Part shown: in pieces, positions 59,604 through 64,000 of the stretch | Layout: each line of letters begins with the position of its first letter | How positions within the stretch are numbered: the first letter of the stretch is position 1 | NCBI GenBank assembly: GCA_964554565.1 | Contig: CAZKPC010000003.1 | Span: forward strand, 1,009 to 65,008 | Reading direction: 5' to 3' | Source: an uncultured Halobacteriales archaeon | Lineage (GTDB): Archaea > Halobacteriota > Halobacteria > Halobacteriales > Hikarchaeaceae | Length of the DNA: 64,000 nt | Made by a program: the position numbers and the translations under genes | The notes under the pieces: generated by a model | Databases searched by the model: none | The model's input: only the letters and a program-made list of their open reading frames with translations | Told to the model about the DNA's origin: nothing

Positions 59604-60656
59604 TCAGGAGTTTTCGACGACCCGCGTCCCCGCCTCGCCTTCGAGGGCCGCCTGAGCCTCGTCGAGCGACGTGATCAGCGCGACTCGGTCGCGCCGGGAT
59701 TCGCCCTCGACGAACCGACACGCCGCCTGCACCTTCGGCCCCATGCTGCCCGCCGGGAACTGGCCGGCGTCGAGCTTCGCTCGCAAGTCCGCCGCCGCGA
59801 TCTCCTCGATCATGGCCTCGTCCGGGCCCCCGAAGTCCCGGTAAACCCCGTCCACGTCGGTCAGGATGAGGAGGTAGTCCGCGTTCAGAGTGTGGGCGAT
59901 CTGCGCGGACAGGAGGTCCTTGTCGACCACGGCATCGAGGCCCTCGATCTCGCCGGCCCGCCTGATGACGGGCACGCCCCCGCCGCCGCCACAGATGACG
60001 AGGTCCCGCTGGTCGATCAGACGCTTGACCGGCACCTCCTCGACAATGCCGAGGGGCTCTGGGGACGGCACCACTCGACGATACGGGGTCTCCGGGTCGT
60101 CGCGGACCGCTTTGACGGTCGCGCCCTGAGAGCGGAGCTCCTCGGCCCGCTGTTCATCGAGATAGGGGCCCACCGGCTTCGTCGGGTCGTCGAAGGCCGG
60201 ATCCTCGGGATCGACCATGGTCTGGGTGAGGATGCAGGCGACCGGCACGTGCTTCCACCGGCGTTCCAGGTGCATCTGCATCTGCTGGGCGAGCATGTAG
60301 CCGATCTGGCCCTGGCTCATGGCCCCACAGACCTCGAGGGGCTGGGCCGGCGGCTCGCCTTGCTCCTGCTGGTTCAACAACGCGCCGACCTGGGGCCCGT
60401 TGCCGTGGGTCAAGACGACCTTGTAGCCGGCTTTCATCACGTCGACGATCTGTTGGGACGTCCGGCTGACCGCATCGAGCTGGGATTCGTACGTGCCGTC
60501 CGAATCCGCCGGGCTGATCGCGTTGCCGCCGAGGGCGATCATCGTCAGCGGCTTCTGTCGCGGGGTGCCCCAGAACGCCGGCGGCTCGACATCGAGGTCG
60601 AAAGCCGGCACCTCGTCCGGATGGAATTCGGGCGGTTCCTCCTCGGGGGCGTCCAT
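59604..60656 (-). CDS. arcC: Carbamate kinase
   Basis: ALGGNA, THGNGPQVG, PTKPVG, RRVVPSPEP, GGGG.PV, VDKD, GSMGPK. Confidence 0.96.
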   Translation of the reverse strand: MDAPEEEPPEFHPDEVPAFDLDVEPPAFWGTPRQKPLTMIALGGNAISPADSDGTYESQLDAVSRTSQQIVDVMKAGYKVVLTHGNGPQVGALLNQQEQGEPPAQPLEVCGAMSQGQIGYMLAQQMQMHLERRWKHVPVACILTQTMVDPEDPAFDDPTKPVGPYLDEQRAEELRSQGATVKAVRDDPETPYRRVVPSPEPLGIVEEVPVKRLIDQRDLVICGGGGGVPVIRRAGEIEGLDAVVDKDLLSAQIAHTLNADYLLILTDVDGVYRDFGGPDEAMIEEIAAADLRAKLDAGQFPAGSMGPKVQAACRFVEGESRRDRVALITSLDEAQAALEGEAGTRVVENS

Positions 60657-60663
60657 CAGCGGG

Positions 60664-61680
60664 TTACCAGCCGCGCCCGCCCATCGTCAGCGCCATCAGC
60701 GCCTTCTGGGCGTGCATGCGGTTCTCCGCCTGGTCGTAGATCACGCTCTGCGGGCCGTCCATCACCGCGTCCGTGGCCTCGTACCCCCGCTTCGCCGGCA
60801 GGCAGTGCATGTAGTTCGCGTGGGGCTTCGCGTTCGCCAGCATCTCCTCGTCGCAGATCCAGTCCTGGTTGGCGTCGTGGATCTCCTTCTCGGCCTCCCG
60901 ACCGCGTTCGTGCACTTTGGTGGAAACCCAGTGTTTCGGGTAGACGACGTCCGCGCCATCGAAGGCCCGGGCCATGTCGTGCTCGATCGTGAAGTCGACG
61001 CCCGCCTCCTCGGCGTTCTCCTCGGCCTGCTCGACGATCCGGGGGTCCAGGTCGAGACCCTCGGGGTGGGCCAGCGTGACGTTCGCCCCCATCTTCGTGA
61101 ACCCCAGGATCGAGGAGTGGGGGACCGAGACCGGGCGCCGGATCTCCGGCGCGTAGGCGTAGGAGATGACGAAGTTCTGGTCCTCGATGCGGCCCTGTTG
61201 CTCGCGTACCGTCTGGAGGTCGGCCAGGGTCTGACACGGGTGGTAGGTGTCACACTGCATGTTGTAGACCGGGACGTCGCAGCCGGCCTGGTATTCCCGG
61301 ACGATCTCCGTCCCTCGTGGGTACTCGAAGTCGACGGCGGCGCCGAGGACCCGCACGGCGAACCCGTGGCCGTAGCGGGAGAGCACCTTGGCCGTCTCCC
61401 GGGCGCTCTCGCCGTGTTCGAGCTGGAGCTGGTCGGGCGCCATGATATGCGGGTAACCGCCCAGCTGGTTGATGCCCGCCTCGAACGAATTGCGGGTCCG
61501 CGTACTGGTGTTGTAGAAGAGCATGAAGAGCGACTGGCCCGTCAGCGCGTCGTAGTGGGCGAGCTCGCCGCGGGCGAACTCCGCCTTGAGCTGATCGGCC
61601 ACGTCGAGGACCGACGTGAGCTCCTCCTTCGTCCATTCCTGGACCGTCACCATGTCCTTGCCGCGAAGTGAGGTTTGCAT
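60664..61680 (-). CDS. ygeW: YgeW-like carbamoyltransferase
   Basis: STRTR, NMQCD.YHPCQ, SYAYAP...PVSVP, VYPKHW, MHCLP; lacks the OTC SMG loop; GGAGGT SD. Confidence 0.75.
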   Translation of the reverse strand: MQTSLRGKDMVTVQEWTKEELTSVLDVADQLKAEFARGELAHYDALTGQSLFMLFYNTSTRTRNSFEAGINQLGGYPHIMAPDQLQLEHGESARETAKVLSRYGHGFAVRVLGAAVDFEYPRGTEIVREYQAGCDVPVYNMQCDTYHPCQTLADLQTVREQQGRIEDQNFVISYAYAPEIRRPVSVPHSSILGFTKMGANVTLAHPEGLDLDPRIVEQAEENAEEAGVDFTIEHDMARAFDGADVVYPKHWVSTKVHERGREAEKEIHDANQDWICDEEMLANAKPHANYMHCLPAKRGYEATDAVMDGPQSVIYDQAENRMHAQKALMALTMGGRGW

Positions 61681-61840
61681 GCGTTGGGCTACCTCCGGGA
61701 CCGATCGACGGGAACCCGGTCGATAGCCGCTACCATCCCGCGTTGGACTTTAAGGGTTCGGAGAGCGGTCCGATCGGCCTCCGAGAGCCGGAGACCCGCA
61801 GCTTTTTGCCGGGGGTCGGAGTAGTTTCGGGGGGATTACC

Positions 61841-62860
61841 ATGAGCAGTGACACTGAGCGGGTCGGGCTGTATATGCAGGACAAGCACCCCATCCGCGAG
61901 AACATGGAGTACGTGAAATACGCCGAGTCGCAGGGGTTCGACGAGGTCTGGCAGGCGGAGTCCCGCCTGGCACGGGACGCGATCACGCCCTGTGCGGCCT
62001 ACGCCGCGGTGACCGACGAGATCAAAGTCGGGACCGGTGTGATCAACAACTGGACCCGGAACGCCGCGCTGATCGCCCAGACGATGTCCACGATGGAGGA
62101 GCTGGCCGGGCCGAACCGGATCCTCTGTGGCATCGGCGCCTGGTGGGAACCGATCGCCTCGAAGGTCGGGGTCAACCGCGAACGGCCGCTGCGCGCGATG
62201 CGGGAGACGGTGGAGGTCGTGAAGCAGCTGCTCGACATGGAGAACGTGACCTATGACGGCGACTTCGTCAACGTCGAGGACATCGAGCTGGACGTCGTCC
62301 ACGGGGATACCGGGCCCCGGACGGTCCCGGTCTACGTCGGCGGGACCGGGTTCACCATGCTCGAGCTCACCGGCGAGTTCGCCGACGGCGCCCTCCTGAA
62401 CTACCTCGTCAGCCCGGAGTACAACGAGAAGGCGCTGGAGGCCCTGGAGACGGGGGCCGAACGGGCCGGTCGCACCCTCGAGGACATTGACCGGCCTCAG
62501 CTCGTCGTCTGTTCGATGGATCACGACGCCGACAAGGCGCTCGACAACGCCCGGGAGCTCATCACGCAGTACCTCGGCCAGCAGCCCCACATCATGAAGG
62601 CCTCCGGCGTGAGTCAGGACCTCATCGACGACGTCGGCGAGGCGATCGGCGGGTGGCCGGCCGGCGAGGACGACATCCAGAAGGGAATGGACCTCATCCC
62701 CGACGAGGTCGTCCGCAAGCTCACGGCCTCCGGGACGCCCGAGCAATGCCGCGAGAAGGTCCGTGAATACTACGAAACCGGCTGCCAGTGCCCGATCCTC
62801 TACCCGCTCGGCGATGACGTCGAGCTCATGATCGACGAGTTCGCCGACGGCTACCTGTAA
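61841..62860 (+). CDS. Mer-like luciferase-family (LLM) oxidoreductase, probably F420-dependent
   Basis: [31 protein letters not shown]...GEFADG, GTPE. Confidence 0.85.
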   Translation: MSSDTERVGLYMQDKHPIRENMEYVKYAESQGFDEVWQAESRLARDAITPCAAYAAVTDEIKVGTGVINNWTRNAALIAQTMSTMEELAGPNRILCGIGAWWEPIASKVGVNRERPLRAMRETVEVVKQLLDMENVTYDGDFVNVEDIELDVVHGDTGPRTVPVYVGGTGFTMLELTGEFADGALLNYLVSPEYNEKALEALETGAERAGRTLEDIDRPQLVVCSMDHDADKALDNARELITQYLGQQPHIMKASGVSQDLIDDVGEAIGGWPAGEDDIQKGMDLIPDEVVRKLTASGTPEQCREKVREYYETGCQCPILYPLGDDVELMIDEFADGYL

Positions 62861-62913
62861 CCGGCTCCGGCCCCCTTCGTTGGAGTTATCCCCGTCGTCG
62901 GCGAGATACAAGC

Positions 62914-63951
62914 ATGACTAGTCCGACCTGGGACAAGAGCCGCACTGCCAGCGGCGACATCTTCGCCGCCATCGGCGAGACGCCCCTGCTGGAGATCGAC
63001 ACCGATTCCGACGCTGACGTCTACGGGAAACTGGAGTTTCTGAACCCGAGCGGCTCCATCAAGGACCGCATCTACCGCGCGATGATCACCGCCGCCATCG
63101 AGCGCGGCGACCTCGAACCCGGAATGGAGATCCTGGAGTGCTCCACCGGCAATGCCGGCATCGCGTGCACGTTCGTCGGGAGCCAGCTCGGCTACGACGT
63201 GACGATCGTGATGCCCGAGGGCATGAGCGAGGAGCGCAAGAAGGTCATCCGCGCCTACGGCGGCGAGTTGATCGAAACGCCGGGCGGTGAAAGCGACGTC
63301 GACCTCTCGATGGAACGGGTCGAAGAGAAGATCGAGGAAGAGCCCGGGCAGTACTGGTTCCCGAACCAGTTCGCGAACCCCGACAACCCGCGGGCCCACG
63401 CGGAGACGACGGGCCCGGAGATCCTCGAACAGCTCGGCGGCGCACCTGACGCGTTCGTGGCGGGGCAAGGGACCGGCGGGACGCTCACTGGTGTCGGCCG
63501 GACGCTGCGGGAGGAGCGCTCGGACGTCCAGCTGTTCGCCCTCGAGCCCGCCGAGGCGCCGATCCTCTCGGCGCGCGAGTGGGGCAGCCACGAGATCGAG
63601 GGGATCGGCGACGGCTTCGTCCCCCAGAACCTCGACCCCGAGCTGATGGACGGCGTGGTCACGGTGACCTCGGAGGACGCCATCGACCGCTCCCGCTGGC
63701 TCGCCGACGAGGAGGGGGTCTTCTGTGGCATCTCCTCGGGCGCGAACATCGAGGGCGCCGTGAAGGTCGCCGAGGCCCAGGGACTGGACTCGATCGCGAC
63801 CATCATCTGCGATACCGGCATGCGCTACTTCTCCACGAAGCTGTTCGAGGACGAATACGAGATCGACGTCCCCGACCGCGATCACCCGCTCGACGACCGG
63901 TCGATCCGCGTCCTCGAGGAGTACCAGGACACCTGGACGATCCTCGACTAA
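62914..63951 (+). CDS. Cysteine-synthase-family (fold type II) PLP enzyme
   Basis: KLEFLNPSGSIKDR, STGNAG, NQF, GTGGT, IEGIG, GISSGA. Confidence 0.9.
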   Translation: MTSPTWDKSRTASGDIFAAIGETPLLEIDTDSDADVYGKLEFLNPSGSIKDRIYRAMITAAIERGDLEPGMEILECSTGNAGIACTFVGSQLGYDVTIVMPEGMSEERKKVIRAYGGELIETPGGESDVDLSMERVEEKIEEEPGQYWFPNQFANPDNPRAHAETTGPEILEQLGGAPDAFVAGQGTGGTLTGVGRTLREERSDVQLFALEPAEAPILSAREWGSHEIEGIGDGFVPQNLDPELMDGVVTVTSEDAIDRSRWLADEEGVFCGISSGANIEGAVKVAEAQGLDSIATIICDTGMRYFSTKLFEDEYEIDVPDRDHPLDDRSIRVLEEYQDTWTILD

Positions 63952-64000
63952 GGTCCCTCGGACGCCGGGGGCTCAATCCGCCGCGCCGCCGTACCGCTCG

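Noticed and set aside
59604..61680. Arginine deiminase (arcABC) fermentation operon
   Set aside because: No arcA is present, the transferase lacks OTC-specific motifs, and the context is purine/YgeY
61841..62860. True methylene-H4MPT reductase (methanogenesis/C1 pathway)
   Set aside because: Halophile context without other H4MPT genes, and the active-site segment differs from Mer
40474..63951. Selenocysteine (UGA) recoding in the selenium island
   Set aside because: All island ORFs are full length without internal TGA, and SelD, TusA and DsrE use Cys codons
1..64000. Many long antisense or alternate-frame ORFs (e.g. 32462-34561, 22788-24581, 43499-45301, 40673-42520)
   Set aside because: Shadow ORFs caused by high GC3 bias; they are Arg/Gly/Pro-rich, lack motifs and overlap confident genes
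1..64000. CRISPR arrays, tRNA/rRNA genes, IS elements, integrases, inteins
   Set aside because: No periodic repeats, cloverleaf signatures, transposase/integrase ORFs or oversized genes were seen by eye; a covariance-model scan was not possible
63973..64000. Possible 3' end of a minus-strand gene (...ERYGGAAD*) continuing the island
   Set aside because: Only 9 codons are visible, too little to call

Overview
GC-rich chromosomal DNA from a halophilic archaeon (class Halobacteria). This is inferred from very acidic proteins, archaeal aIF-1A, aIF-5A and deoxyhypusine synthase, TATA boxes about 27 nt before leaderless starts, and a Tat lipoprotein. About 1-40 kb is ordinary haloarchaeal housekeeping: ribL, eif1a, csp, hpt, P450, thrB, an ECF transporter, an uppS pair, eif5a-speB-nif3-dhs, carB/carA/lrp, idi and moaB. 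About 40.4-64 kb is a coherent ~23.5 kb purine-catabolism island. It encodes an XdhD-like molybdenum hydroxylase with no FAD subunit, an NCS2 permease, DsrEFH, an XdhC-YqeB fusion, SelD, TusA and YqeC (labile-selenium cofactor machinery). It also encodes adenine deaminase, an amidohydrolase, a nucleoside ABC transporter, YgeY, carbamate kinase, a YgeW-like carbamoyltransferase, a Mer-like (probably F420-dependent) reductase and a CysK-fold PLP enzyme. I read this as a candidate archaeal variant of the selenium-dependent anaerobic purine/urate (2,8-dioxopurine-type) pathway of gut bacteria, with apparent non-orthologous replacements for YgfK and YgeX. No rRNA, tRNA, CRISPR array or IS element was seen. 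All family calls are from motif recognition by eye, not database searches.
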